Shown here piece after piece: positions 1 to 11,960 of a stretch of DNA of 64,000 nucleotides; positions within the stretch are counted from its first letter, which is position 1, and every line of letters begins with the position of its first letter. Made by a program: the position numbers and the translations under genes. Below the pieces are notes generated by a model. The model worked only from the letters and a program-made list of their open reading frames with translations, was not told the origin of the DNA and searched no databases. Origin of the DNA: Eledone cirrhosa (lineage: Eukaryota); NCBI GenBank assembly GCA_964016885.1, contig OZ024746.1, positions 51,460,001-51,524,000 on the forward strand, read 5' to 3'.

Positions 1-61
<61 letters not shown>

Positions 62-271
62 CATATGTACATGTGTGTGTGTGTTTGTGCATGACCAAAA
101 CATTACCACAATGATTAGTGTATTTAAGTACTATCTGATGAAGCCTAACAAATAAACGTTTTGAAACACCCACGTTATGTTGTAAGGAGTTAAATAACTA
201 TATAGAAGTAAAACTCTGTACTAGACCTGTAAAAGCCACTTCTAAATCATATTTTATATATATATATATAT

Positions 272-473
272 AACGAAGGAAGTGTGGTAAGGAACCAGAT
301 GGACCATAACGCACCAGAGTACTCAATACTTATTTCTGTCCAGAAATAGCCGTCGCAACGGCTTGAGCTCTGCCGTCGAGGTTAAACATTTTCCTATTAC
401 CCACTCTACTACCCTAAGTATTGAGTACTCTGGTGCGTTATGGTACATCTGTTTCCTTACCACACTTCCTCCG

Positions 474-475
<2 letters not shown>
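272..475. mobile_element. Family A fold-back insertion (PLE-type terminal fragments, 3' half of a hammerhead) in (TA)n
   Basis: aacgaaggaagtgtggtaagg...caatactta (272-331) is the reverse complement of taagtattg...cacttcctccgtt (415-475); TA runs on both sides; related copies at ~920, 2108, 14819, 49638, 51769, 52462. Confidence 0.8.
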
Positions 476-531
<56 letters not shown>

Positions 532-640
532 TCATATATATATCCCTTTGCTTATATATATATATATATTATATATACAACCCTTATCGAGTCCTCTCTG
601 GGATTTAGTCTTTTTCTTTATTATTATTACTAACATATAT

Positions 641-822
641 AGGGCGGTATCGGTATAGTGCTGGACGACGTGCTTCAGGGCATAGAGTTTATGTTCTGAG
701 TTCAAATCCTGCTGAGGTTAACTTTGCCGTTCATCCATATGAGGTCAATAAAATATAGTACCAGTAATGCCCTGCGGTCGATTTAATCGAATTCCCCCAA
801 ATTGTTGGCCTTGTGCCTAAAA
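641..822 (+). mobile_element. tRNA-derived SINE, diverged copy
   Basis: B-box gagttcaaatcc followed by the family body (ctttgcc.ttcatcc...aaaata.agtaccag) and tail ggccttgtgcctaaa. Confidence 0.8.
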
Positions 823-856
823 TCATACATACATACATTCACACAGACACACACAT

Positions 857-892
<36 letters not shown>

Positions 893-919
893 TTATATAT
901 ATATATATATATATAAGAT

Positions 920-1049
920 AAGATACCAGGAGGACCATAACACACCAGAGTACTCAATATTTAGGGTAGTAGAGTGGGTAATAGAAAAAGAGTTTGGATC
1001 TAGCTGTCGAAACGGCCGGAGCTCAGCCGTCGGGGCCCTGATTTTTATC
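920..1049. mobile_element. Family A variant fold-back fragment
   Basis: accataacacaccagagtactcaat arm joined to an opposite-orientation tagctgtcgaaacggccggagctcagccgtcgggg arm, between TA runs. Confidence 0.65.
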
Positions 1050-1094
1050 ATATATATATGTATATAAATATATATATATATATATAAATATATA

Positions 1095-1642
1095 TAGTAA
1101 TAATAATAAATTTGAAGACTAAAATCCAAAGAGGGCTCGATAAGGATAAATATATATCAAATATATAAGAACCGTAGAGCAAATATTTATTAAAATAACA
1201 GATTAAAGTTTAAGCAAAGAATCGCTGCTTTCACCCTTAAAACTAACAAAGTCAATCTGTAAACGCAGAAGTGGATATTTCAAAAAACGTTGCAACCGGA
1301 GGAAGACAGGAAGACGATACTTTAGTTCGTGGAAACGTTCCCTGGCAAAGAACGGGAAAAAACGAATATAATACGTCATTAATAGGGTGGTGGATTGGCA
1401 GTATCGGTAGAGGGTCGGACGCCATGCTTTCCAGCATAGTTACGTCCCTTTACGATCTGAGTTCAAATCCCGCCGAGGTTGACTTTGCCTTTCATCCTTA
1501 CGGGGTCGATAAAATAAAGTACCAGTAATGCACTGGGTAATTGCTGGCCTTGTGCCTAAAGTAGAAACTATTAATAGGAGCGGGAAAAACAATTACGCGC
1601 AAAGACAGAACCACGTTTATGGTATAAAAGATGTCGTAGACT
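1095..1642 (-). mobile_element. Family C interspersed repeat anchored in (TA)n, interrupted by a SINE
   Basis: Terminus tagtaataataataaatttgaagactaaaatccaaagagggctcga recurs next to TA runs at 21003, 49581, 52259 and (reverse) 582-631; orientation inferred. Confidence 0.6.
1384..1568 (+). mobile_element. Full-length tRNA-derived SINE with target-site duplication
   Basis: A-box-like tggcagtatcgg, B-box gagttcaaatcc, central gcctttcatccttacggggtcgataaaataaagtacc; attaatagg on both sides. Confidence 0.9.
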
Positions 1643-1713
1643 ATATATATATACATATATATATACATATATATACATATATATACATATATACACACAC
1701 ACACATATATATG

Positions 1714-1744
<31 letters not shown>

Positions 1745-1964
1745 ATATATATGTATATATATGTATATATATATATATATATAATAAATACAATATCGGA
1801 GAAAGCTTTTTAGCGATACTCCGGCTAAATTCCAACTCACTCAACAAACATTAGGAAATAAGTGATTATATTCCCAATTATGTGTTCGGGGTGCTAACTA
1901 AAAGTATTGCGTGGAAAATTGGCTGTATTATTTCAAATGAGACATATCTAATATATCTCTTCCC

Positions 1965-2087
1965 AGACGGACGTCTCGTTTCATTATAGGACTCCTACAA
2001 TTTGGGTGAAATTATACCAATTTATGTAGGAGCTTGTATACCATCAATAGATATATATTCAAGTGGGCTCCTATAATTCATCAGTCT
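1965..2087 (-). ncRNA. Hammerhead ribozyme motif with ~95-nt branched stem II
   Basis: Minus strand: CUGAUGA-AUUAUAGGA...UCCUAUAAU-GAAA-CG(AGA)CG-UC; 9-bp perfect base of stem II; stem I imperfect. Confidence 0.7.
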
Positions 2088-2107
2088 TTCGTTATATATA
2101 TATATAT

Positions 2108-2281
2108 AACGAAGGAGTTGTGGTAAGGAACCAGATGGAGCATAACGCACCAGAGTACTCAATACTTAGGGTAGTAGAGTGGGTAATAGGAAGATGTATG
2201 ACCCCGACGGCAGAGCTCAAGCCGTTTCGACGGCTATTTCGAAACCGCTTGAGCTCTGCCGTGGGGGACATACATCTTCCC
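2108..2281. mobile_element. Family A fold-back insertion (long arm + short arm) in (TA)n
   Basis: Long terminus aacgaagg at left, short terminus ...catacatcttcc at right; internal inverted gacggcagagctcaagccgtttc / gaaaccgcttgagctctgccgt. Confidence 0.8.
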
Positions 2282-2350
2282 ATATATATATATATATATA
2301 TATGTATATGTGTGTGTGTGTGTGTATATATATATATTCATACATACACA

Positions 2351-2465
<115 letters not shown>

Positions 2466-2853
2466 TGTCCCTATCATACTCCGCATTTGTAAGTGTATAT
2501 GTTTGTCAATATATGTTTGACTATATGGTTGTGAGAATGTCTGTATTTATCAGTTTATGTATGTGTATAAATGTTTGTACTGGTCAGTATATGCATGTAT
2601 ATAAATGTATATGCTTGTGAATGTAATTATGTGCGTTTGTATGTGTGTGTCTATGAGTATAGGTGTTTGTTACCTAATATGTGTGTCTATGAGTATAGGT
2701 GTTTGTTACCTAATGTGTGTATATGTGAGTATGTGTGTGTACGTGCATGTGTGTATATATCTTAGGAGGTCGGCATGAAACTATTTACCTATATATATAG
2801 GTGCCCCAGCATGGCCTCAGTCGGATGGCTGGAACAGGTAAGAGAGTAAAAGA

Positions 2854-2991
<138 letters not shown>

Positions 2992-3053
2992 CCATGTATA
3001 TATATATATATATATATACACTTTTACTCTTTTATATATATATGTATATATAT

Positions 3054-3520
3054 CGTTTCTGAATTCGTTTAGCAAGATTCTTTATCTGAAAACGTATGTT
3101 GAAATCGATATTGTTATACTTTGGGAGGGTCATGTTGCCAATAAGAAACACACGCACCAGTTGCTTTCACTTCAATTTATTATAAATTAAATTCATAAAT
3201 TTAGGAATTTATAAATTTCCAGTTGGTTGGTTCCACAACCAGATGTACACATATACACAATTAGGGACAAAATGAAAACACACACACACATAGAACAAAC
3301 GACCAACCAGTAACATGTAAATAAACAAATAAATAAACAAATACAAACACACACAGATACCCGGATGTAACACATGCGCAAACTAAGCACACAACACACA
3401 CAAAAACAAGATGGCGTAGGACAGAACAAAGGAGAGGCACAAAAACAAAGAAAAAATCTCCAGTCACTGAAGAGGTCACAGAATGTGTGACGAAAGAACT
3501 TTGACAATATATGAACAATC
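3054..3520. mobile_element. Family B PLE terminal fragments: inverted tail (3054-3244) plus forward hammerhead-bearing segment
   Basis: 3111-3244 is the reverse complement of 55863-56000; 3410-3510 matches 55747-55850 and resembles 7588-7672 of the coding PLE. Confidence 0.8.
3462..3506 (+). ncRNA. Minimal type I hammerhead ribozyme (family B)
   Basis: GUCA-CUGAAGA-G-GUCACA(GAAUG)UGUGAC-GAAA-GAAC-UU-UGAC: core and stems I and II present. Confidence 0.85.
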
Positions 3521-3647
3521 ATATGTATATTTATGTATATTTTAAACCCTAAACAGTGAAGGTCAGTAATTTATTACTACCTTATTACCAGTAAGATAAA
3601 TAGCTCAATGTAATAACAACAGTTGTTCTACAGAGCAGTTATATAAA

Positions 3648-3786
3648 ATTCACAAGAATCAAAGCTATGTTCAAAGCATTTATTCACTTACAATCGTTTC
3701 ATCCAAACCTAGGCTTGGGGTCTTCGGAGTATTTTGCAATGTTTGTACATATAATTGACCTCCCTTCCAACGCAAGAGACATACAG

Positions 3787-3856
<70 letters not shown>

Positions 3857-4141
3857 GTACAGTGGAGTGACATATATTATACTATACTATCTTTGTACAG
3901 CAATTCAAATTCAAAATCAAAATCAAAATTAATTGCTGTACAAAGATAGTATAGTATAATATATGTCAGTCCACTGTACATCAATATATATATATGTGTA
4001 TCTGTATGTCTCTTGCGTTGGAAGGGAGATCAATTATATGTACAAACATTGAAAAATGCTCCGAAGACTCCAAGCCTAGGTTTGGATGAAACAATTGTAA
4101 GTGAATAAATGCTTTGAACATAGCTTTGATTCTTGTGAATT
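3648..4141. mobile_element. Family D ~490-bp palindromic insertion with a hammerhead-like motif in each arm
   Basis: 3648-3905 and 3930-4141 are reverse complements apart from TA-tract length; ~24-nt spacer; motifs at 3685-3731 (-) and 4057-4103 (+), followed by AATAAA. Confidence 0.85.
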
Positions 4142-4167
4142 CTTTCTCTCTCTCTCTCTCTCTCTCA

Positions 4168-4231
<64 letters not shown>

Positions 4232-4314
4232 ATACTTGGGGAGGGGCATATTTGTGTAATATTGCCAGAATTAATAACAGAACACACTCACTGTTTGGTT
4301 GGTTTTCGCTTTTC

Positions 4315-7300
4315 TCTAGCTACAAAAAGATTAACACTATTGAGTGCAAAACGGGGCTGGAAAAGTGTTTCACAAAAATACATTGGAATGCAAAAGTAAA
4401 CAACAACAACAACTATACGGACAACAACAACAATAATAACGGTAGTAGTAATATAAACAATAACTCTGAGTATAGAAATAACAGCTATAATAGTAATAGT
4501 CATAACAATAACAATAGCAGGAGAGTGAGAAATAGTAATAATGGTAACGATAGACAGAACAACAACATCTAATTAACGATAGACAGAACAACAACAACAA
4601 CCATGATAATAATAATAATAGAAACATTAACTACAGACACTGCAGCAGCGACCACAGTAGTAATAACGGTAACAATACGAATAACAACAACAACAACCAC
4701 AGTGGTAATAATAGAAATAATACATGTAGCAACATTAATGATAGACACAACAAAAACAAGAAACATAATAAAAGTAACAACCACAATGGTAGAAATAACA
4801 GTATCAACAACGATAATGGTGGAGAAAACAACAACAATACATCTAACAATCACAGCAACAATACATCTAGCAATCATAAAAATAATAATAATGCTAATGA
4901 TAGGAACAACAACAACCACCATAATAACAATAATAGCAACACACACAACTATGACGATAGATATAATGACAACCCCTTAGAGAAACTATTCTTCAACCCA
5001 GCTGACAAAACATATAAGATGGGTAATATCTATCCTACGAGGTTACCCTTTAATAAACGAGTTTGCATACCACAACAAATAGATGACGAGACAGAGGAAC
5101 AGTTCGCCATAGCTAGAAATAAGATTAGACAAATAGTAGACCGGTATACTAAGAGACAGAGCAGAGCAGAGGTCCAACAACTTGGGAGGAGACCTGTAGA
5201 AGGCTTGGTTAGCCTCAAGCAGCGCACAAGGGATGGTGAGGTAGTATCTCTACCCACGGATAAGTCTGGTAGGATGTCAATAGACAGCATGCCGTACTAC
5301 ATCAAGGCTATGCAACCCCACATCACCAACACTAGCGAAATTGAACAGCAAATACTTGATGGGAGAAAGAAAATCCTCAACGCTCACATGATGATGTGGA
5401 CCGACATCCTAAAGCCAAGCAGACGCACTGCCAACAACTTCCAGGCGTCTAACAATGGCATACCACCCTTGTATGGGCTCCGCAAAGACCACAAGACAGT
5501 CGACGACCCGACAACAGGACCACCAACAAGACCCGTATGCGGAGCAAATGTAGCTAGCAACTACAGGATCTCCTACTTCCTCTCAATGGTTATACGCTCC
5601 ATAATCAAGATGTCCCCAGATGTATGTGACAGTACAGAGGACCTCCTCAGCAGAATCAGTGAGTGCAACAAAAACAGGAACCTATCCAACTGCATAATAG
5701 GCAGTATGGATGTGGTATCACTGTACCCATCCATTAACATTGATGTTGCTGTGGTAAAATGTGTGGAGATGATCATTGAGAGTGAGGTGGAGTTCTGCGA
5801 CGTCGACACAGACGAACTGGGCCTCCTACTTAGACTTACCTACGACACTGACTACCTAGACAGCCATGACCTTAAACGTTTCTGCCCCAGTAGACCCATA
5901 AGTGGTAGACCCCCCACCATAACCTCAAAGGCTAAAAAGACTCCCATGGGAAGATGGATTGGGTGGACCAAAGCTATACGGACCTCCCAAAACAATGATC
6001 AGGTAAGAAAAATGGTCGCACATGCAATAGGGGCTAGTATCAAAACTAACCTAAAGGGCTACATATTCAAGTTCAACGACAAGATCTACACCCAAAATGA
6101 GGGAGCAGCCATTGGCGTCAGCATAGCTGGTGACGTTGCCAACCTTTTTATGGTATGGTGAGACTTAAAGATCTCCTTGATGAGAGCTCCATAGACCTCA
6201 TCATGTACTCTCGTTACGTAGACGATATCAATATAGTAATAAGAACATCCTCACAAGAGAGCACTAACAAGTTTGATTTAGAACGTAACACAATGGAAAG
6301 TATCCAGCAGATAGCTAATTCCATACACCAGAGTATAACTGTAACTATCGACTACCCTTCCAAGCACCCTAACAATAGACTACTTGTATTAGACACGGAA
6401 CTCTGGATTAACACTATAGACGAGAGAGCCCAAATTCTCCACTCACACCACGCTAAACCCATGGCCTCCAAATACCTGATACTCAAAAACTCAGCAATGT
6501 CCAGTAGTGCTAAGTTTAATATTCTGATCACAGACATGTACGAGTGATGAAGAACGTGTCCCGCATGTGCGACCCAACAGAAATGGAAAGACACATCCAA
6601 CACTTCATCAACCGCATGCAGTTCTCTGGCGACAACCAAAGAGACAGAATCAGAGTATACGAAGGAGCCACAGAGAAGTATAAGACCCTCTTAGAACTGC
6701 ACATGAAAGGAATTTGCCCATTATACAAGTGCAAATCATGGAATAGCTTAGATAGGGCTAGACATAAGATAGGAAAAGCCACCTCATGGTACGACAACCA
6801 GAGATACCAGAGTGTCATGTTTGTGGACGCTACCCCTGGGGGGAAATTAGCTAACCAGTGTAGAAAGGCCCTGAGAAAGACCCACTTAAAGATTAAGGTG
6901 GTAGAAAAGCCAGGAACCACCATACAATCCCTGATCAGCAAAACCTACCCTTTTAAGAAATCCCACTGTACTAATAGGAAATGTATCATATGTAAAGTAA
7001 ACCCCCGGATAAACTGTAAAACTAGAAACGTAGTCTATAGCATAAGATGTACAGAGGGCACTTGCAGAAACATGACAACAACATACATAGGCGAGACAAC
7101 TCGTAGCATAGGTGAAAGGATAGACCAACACTGGGGGGGGGGGGGACTAAAAGGACGAAAATACAGTTCAGTACTATACGAACATGCCAGACAACAACAT
7201 GACGGTAACATAGACAACATAGAAAATAGAATAATATCTAAACATAGAAATCACCCAGCAGACAGGCAAATCAGAGAGGCCAGTGAAATAGAACTTAGAA

Positions 7301-7326
7301 GGCCAAGGCTAAACAGGAAAAAATGA
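4315..7326 (+). pseudogene. PLE reverse transcriptase / GIY-YIG endonuclease, frameshifted near 4570, 6158 and 6540
   Basis: TDKSGR, PPLYGLRKDHK, RPVC, GSMDVVSLYPSI, QNEGAAIGVSIAGDVANLFM, YSRYVDD; Cys-rich linker then VVYSIRC...YIGETTRSIGERIDQH, EHARQQH, RQIREA...LNRK. Confidence 0.95.
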
Positions 7327-7629
7327 ATGGAATAACAACAACACCCAAACAAACAACACTGACCTAAGAGAAGTATAAATAGATAGAAAGATAAATAAAT
7401 AAATACATACACAAGCACAATAACAACAAACATATAAACACACGCTAGTAAAGATAGAATACATTAACCAATACACAGTCACCCAAACACGAACACACAT
7501 CAAACAAAACACTATACACACACGCAAACGCATGCGCAAAGAAGACAAACAATAAACAAATAAATAAATATATAAACAGACTAAATAAAGATGGCGTAGA
7601 CATACGATGCAACGGGAGGAAACAATAGC

Positions 7630-7672
7630 ACCACTGACGATGTTGCAGATGTGCAACGAAAGAACTTTGATA
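7630..7672 (+). ncRNA. Hammerhead ribozyme in PLE1 3' region
   Basis: CUGACGA-U-GUUGCA(GAUG)UGCAAC-GAAA-GAAC-UU; stem I partly mismatched. Confidence 0.75.
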
Positions 7673-7916
7673 GACTATATATATGCGTTTGTGTCCATAC
7701 TATATCTGTATTTTTGACCGTTGGTCAGTCAAAGGCAACACTGAGGACCGAATAAATTAAATTAACCGATATAAAAGACACAGAAACGAAAAGCGAAAAC
7801 CAACCAAAGAGTGAGTGTGTTCTGTTATTAATTCTGGCAATATTACACAAATAAGACCCTACCCAAGTATAACAATATTTGTTTCGACACATGATTTCAT
7901 ATCAAAAACCTCGCAA

Positions 7917-7959
<43 letters not shown>

Positions 7960-7969
7960 GTTTTGCGAT

Positions 7970-8155
7970 TCTACCAAATCAACTTTTCAAATAGAAGTCG
8001 AAGTTGAAAGGTATGTCGAATCTATCTATTTATAAGACTGTTTATATTGTATTTTGTCTGAAGAAGGCATAACATATTTTTAATATGATATCCCTGAAAT
8101 ATATATAATGAAATAAATATGGTTTTATAAATATAGTTTCCATTTATTTAATATC

Positions 8156-8157
<2 letters not shown>
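7970..8157 (+). mobile_element. Family J PLE-type 3' fragment with hammerhead (core at 8058), ending at the short terminus
   Basis: ctgaaga...gaaatatatataatgaaataaa; homologous to 33540-33687 and 44570-44710. Confidence 0.75.
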
Positions 8158-8224
<67 letters not shown>

Positions 8225-8231
8225 AAGATGA

Positions 8232-8360
8232 AATCGAAAATACAACTGGAGTCTTATTTTAAAAAAATATATATATTTATTTGGTTCCTTTACCGGTTTC
8301 GCAGTTCTTCTGCTTTCGAAAGTAGAGTTGAGATGGAGGGTCTGTGGTTTTTCTCACATC
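8232..8360 (-). mobile_element. Family K fragment with degenerate hammerhead
   Basis: Reverse complement of 49251-49373; minus strand GCAG(AAGAA)CUGC-GAAA-CCGG-UA-AAGG then AATAAA; CUGANGA decayed. Confidence 0.6.
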
Positions 8361-8589
8361 TCTCTGGTTTTTCTCACTTATATATATACATATGTATATA
8401 TATATATATTTGTGTGTGTGTGTGTATGTTTGTGTGAAATGAAAGACCAGGAAAATGTGGTAACCATGCAGAGAGAGATAGAGAGAGGGGGACAGACAGA
8501 GGGGGGGGGCGAGATAGAAAGGCAGAGAGAGTGCGTGTGTGTGAGAGGGAGAAGGAAGAGTTACCAGCCATAGAACAACACTAACCCCC

Positions 8590-9692
8590 ATTCCACCACC
8601 ACTACAACCACCACCGTCACCGCCATCACCACCACCACCACCACCACTACCACCACCTCAACCACACCCATCACCACCACCACTAACACCACCATCTCCA
8701 CCACCACGACCACCACTAACACCACCACTACCACTACCACCACCACCACCACCACCACTACCACCACCACCACCACCACCACCACAACGACGACCACCAC
8801 CACCAACACCACCACCACCACTACTACCACAACCACCACGACCAAGACGACGACGACGACCACCACCACCACCACCACCACCACCACCACCACAACCACC
8901 ACCATCACCACTACCACCATCACCACCACCACTACCACCACCACCACTACCACCACCGCCACCACCACCACCACCACTACCACCACCACCACTACCACCA
9001 CCACTAACACCACCACCACTAACACCCCCACCACACAACTACCACCACCACCACCACCACCACCACCACCACCACCACCACCACCACCACCACCACCACC
9101 ACTAACACCACTACCACTACCACCACCACCACTACCACCACCACTAACACCACCACCACTAACACCCCCACCACACAACTACCACCACCACCACCACCAC
9201 CACTACCACTACCACCACCACCAATACCATCACTACCACAAACACCAATAACCCCACCACTAACCCCACCACCACCACTAACACCACTACCACCACCACC
9301 ACCACCACTACCACCACCACACCCATCACCACTACCACTACCACCATCACCACTACCACTACCACCACTACCACCACCACCACCACTACCCCCACCCCCA
9401 CCACCACTACCACCACCACCACCACTACCACTACCACCGCCACCATTACCACTACCGCCACCACCACTACCACCACTACCACCACCACCACCACTACCAC
9501 TACCACCACTACCGCCACCATTACCACTACCGCCACCACCACTACCACCACTACCACCACCACCACCACCACCACTACCACCACCACCACCACCACCATC
9601 ACCATCACCGCCACCATCACCACCACCACCACCACCACTACCACCACGACCATCACCATCACCATTACCACCGCCACCACCTCCACCACCAT
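8590..9692 (+). repeat. Degenerate (ACC/ACT)n trinucleotide array
   Basis: Continuous accaccacc/actacc runs with internal duplications. Confidence 0.95.
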
Positions 9693-9839
9693 CACTCTAA
9701 ACAAAGCGAGAACAAAAGCTCCCATCATCATCAGACGGCATAAATCAGTTGTTTTGTCGTTGTTGTTGTTGTTATGGTGGTTCAGTGTAGTATGGCGGCG
9801 TGGTGTGTGGTATATATACACAGCGTGTTGTTGTTGTTG

Positions 9840-10510
9840 ATAGTGGTGTGGTGGTGTAGTAGTGGTGTTAGTGGTGGTGGTGTATTGTGGTGTTGGTGGT
9901 GGTGTAGTGTAGTGTCGTATGGTGGTGTAGTAGAGGTGTTGGTGGTAGAATAGTAGTGGTGTTGGTGGTGTTGGTGGTGTAGTAGTGGTGTTGGTGGTGG
10001 TGTGGTGTAGTGTCGTATGGTGGTGTAGTAGTGGTGTTGGTGGTGGAATAGTAGTGGTGTTGGTGGTGTAGTAGTGGTGTTGGTGGTGGTGTAGTAGTGG
10101 TGTTGGTGGTGGTGTAGTGTCGTATGGTGGTGTAGTAGTGGTGTTGGTGGTGGTGGTGTAGTGTCGTATGGTGGTGTAGTAGTGGTGTTGGTGGTGGAAT
10201 AGTAGTGGTGTTGGTGGTGGTGTAGTGTGGTGGCGTAGTAGTGGTGTTGGTGGTGGTGTAGTGTCGTATGGTGGTGTAATAGTGGTGTTGGTGGTGGTGT
10301 AGTGTCGTGTGATGGTGTAGTAGTGGTGTTGGTGGTGGTGTAGTGTCGTGTGGTGGTGTAGTAGTGGTGTTGGTGGTGGTGTAGTAGTGGTGTTGGTGGT
10401 GGTGTAGTGTCGTAGTGGTGTTGGTGGTGGTATGGTGTCGTGGCGTCGTGTGGTGTAGTGTGGTGTACGATATACGGCGGTGTGGTTGTGTAGTTTAGTG
10501 TGGTGGTGTG
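9840..10510 (+). repeat. GGT/GTA-rich minisatellite (~40-bp units)
   Basis: Recurrent gtggtgtagtagtggtgttggtggtggtgtagtgtcgtatg. Confidence 0.85.
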
Positions 10511-10928
10511 GAGTGGCGTATATATATATATATGTGTGTGTGTGTATATATAGATATATTGAAGTGTTAAACAATTCAATGAGTACATAAAACAAATGTG
10601 TGTGTGAGTATATATATATGTGTGAGTGTGTGTATATATATATATATATATACATATACACACACTCACACACACACATATATATATATATACAGCGGCA
10701 TGGGGTGTCTGGTGTACACGGAATATATATATGTAGTGTGCGGTAGTAGTGGCGGCGGCGGTGGCAACGGGGTGTGTGTGTGTAAGCGTGTAGAGGTGTG
10801 TGTATGTATGTGTGTGTGTGTGTGCTAGTAGTGACGATAGTGTCGGCAGCGGTAAATGCAGCGGTAGTGGCGGCGGTGGCTATATATATATATATATATA
10901 AATATATATATATATGCGTGAGAGAGAG

Positions 10929-10962
<34 letters not shown>

Positions 10963-11086
10963 GATATATATATAGAGAGAGAGAGAAAGAGAGAGTGTGT
11001 ATATGTGTGCGTAAATAAGTAAGTGTGCGTGTGTGGTAGAGTAGTGATGGTAGTGCCGGCAGCAGCAACGGCGATGTCTGTGTGTG

Positions 11087-11131
<45 letters not shown>

Positions 11132-11490
11132 GAGCGAGAGAGAGCGAGAGAGAGAGAAAGAGAAAGAGAGAGGATGAGAGAGAGATGGGGTGAGTAAGAG
11201 TGTGTAAGTGTGTATATGTGTGAGTGAGTAAAGACAACGCGATGCCGTCGTCCCAGACGGTCAGTCGTACAAGCCGACTGAGTGGAGCAGCCGATAACAC
11301 GATGTGTCTTCATTGCACGCTAACTACATTCAGTAGCACCAGACTGGTTTTCATCACTTTACTTTATGCATCTATACCGATTCTATTTTTTTATCCTATA
11401 AATGTTCAGGCTGTTTTATCCAGGGAAAAGGTCAGTATCATTTCATTCATAACGTATTATTACATATATATATATATATATATATATAAC

Positions 11491-11565
<75 letters not shown>

Positions 11566-11655
11566 TACATATCATAAATACACACGCCGTTATGTATATA
11601 TGTAAGTATGTATGTAGAATGATGTATATATATGTATATGTATATATGTACATAC

Positions 11656-11752
<97 letters not shown>

Positions 11753-11845
11753 CGTATGTGTGTGTATATATGTAAGCATTCATCACACAATGTTTTTATT
11801 ACTTTTTGTTTCAAATATAATTTCAGCATCTATTCTTGTTCTGTT

Positions 11846-11878
<33 letters not shown>

Positions 11879-11960
11879 TTTTTTGTTATTGTTGGTGTAT
11901 TTTCATATTTGACTTTTAAAGTTTTTATTTCATACTTAAGCTTACTTTTATTTTGGACCA

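Larger units (their letters stand above)
4227..7920 (+). mobile_element. Penelope-like retroelement (PLE1), 5'-truncated, with inverted terminal arm
   Basis: RT + GIY-YIG remnants, 3' hammerhead, ~88-bp inverted repeat 4227-4314 / 7788-7875, extra 45-nt extension to 7920; TA runs on both sides. Confidence 0.95.

Noticed and set aside
130-190. CUGAUGA...GAAAC hammerhead candidate
   Set aside because: Stems I and II do not pair convincingly; may be a very old copy but cannot be supported
1384-1480. SINE heads as tRNA genes
   Set aside because: A/B-box-like motifs are present but there is no cloverleaf, and they always continue into the SINE body
6153-6550. TGA codons in PLE1 as possible selenocysteine recoding
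   Set aside because: Both coincide with frame changes explained by small deletions; the downstream protein continues in another frame
9159-11300. 713-aa minus-strand ORF
   Set aside because: Concatenation of simple-repeat tracts with no coherent protein features
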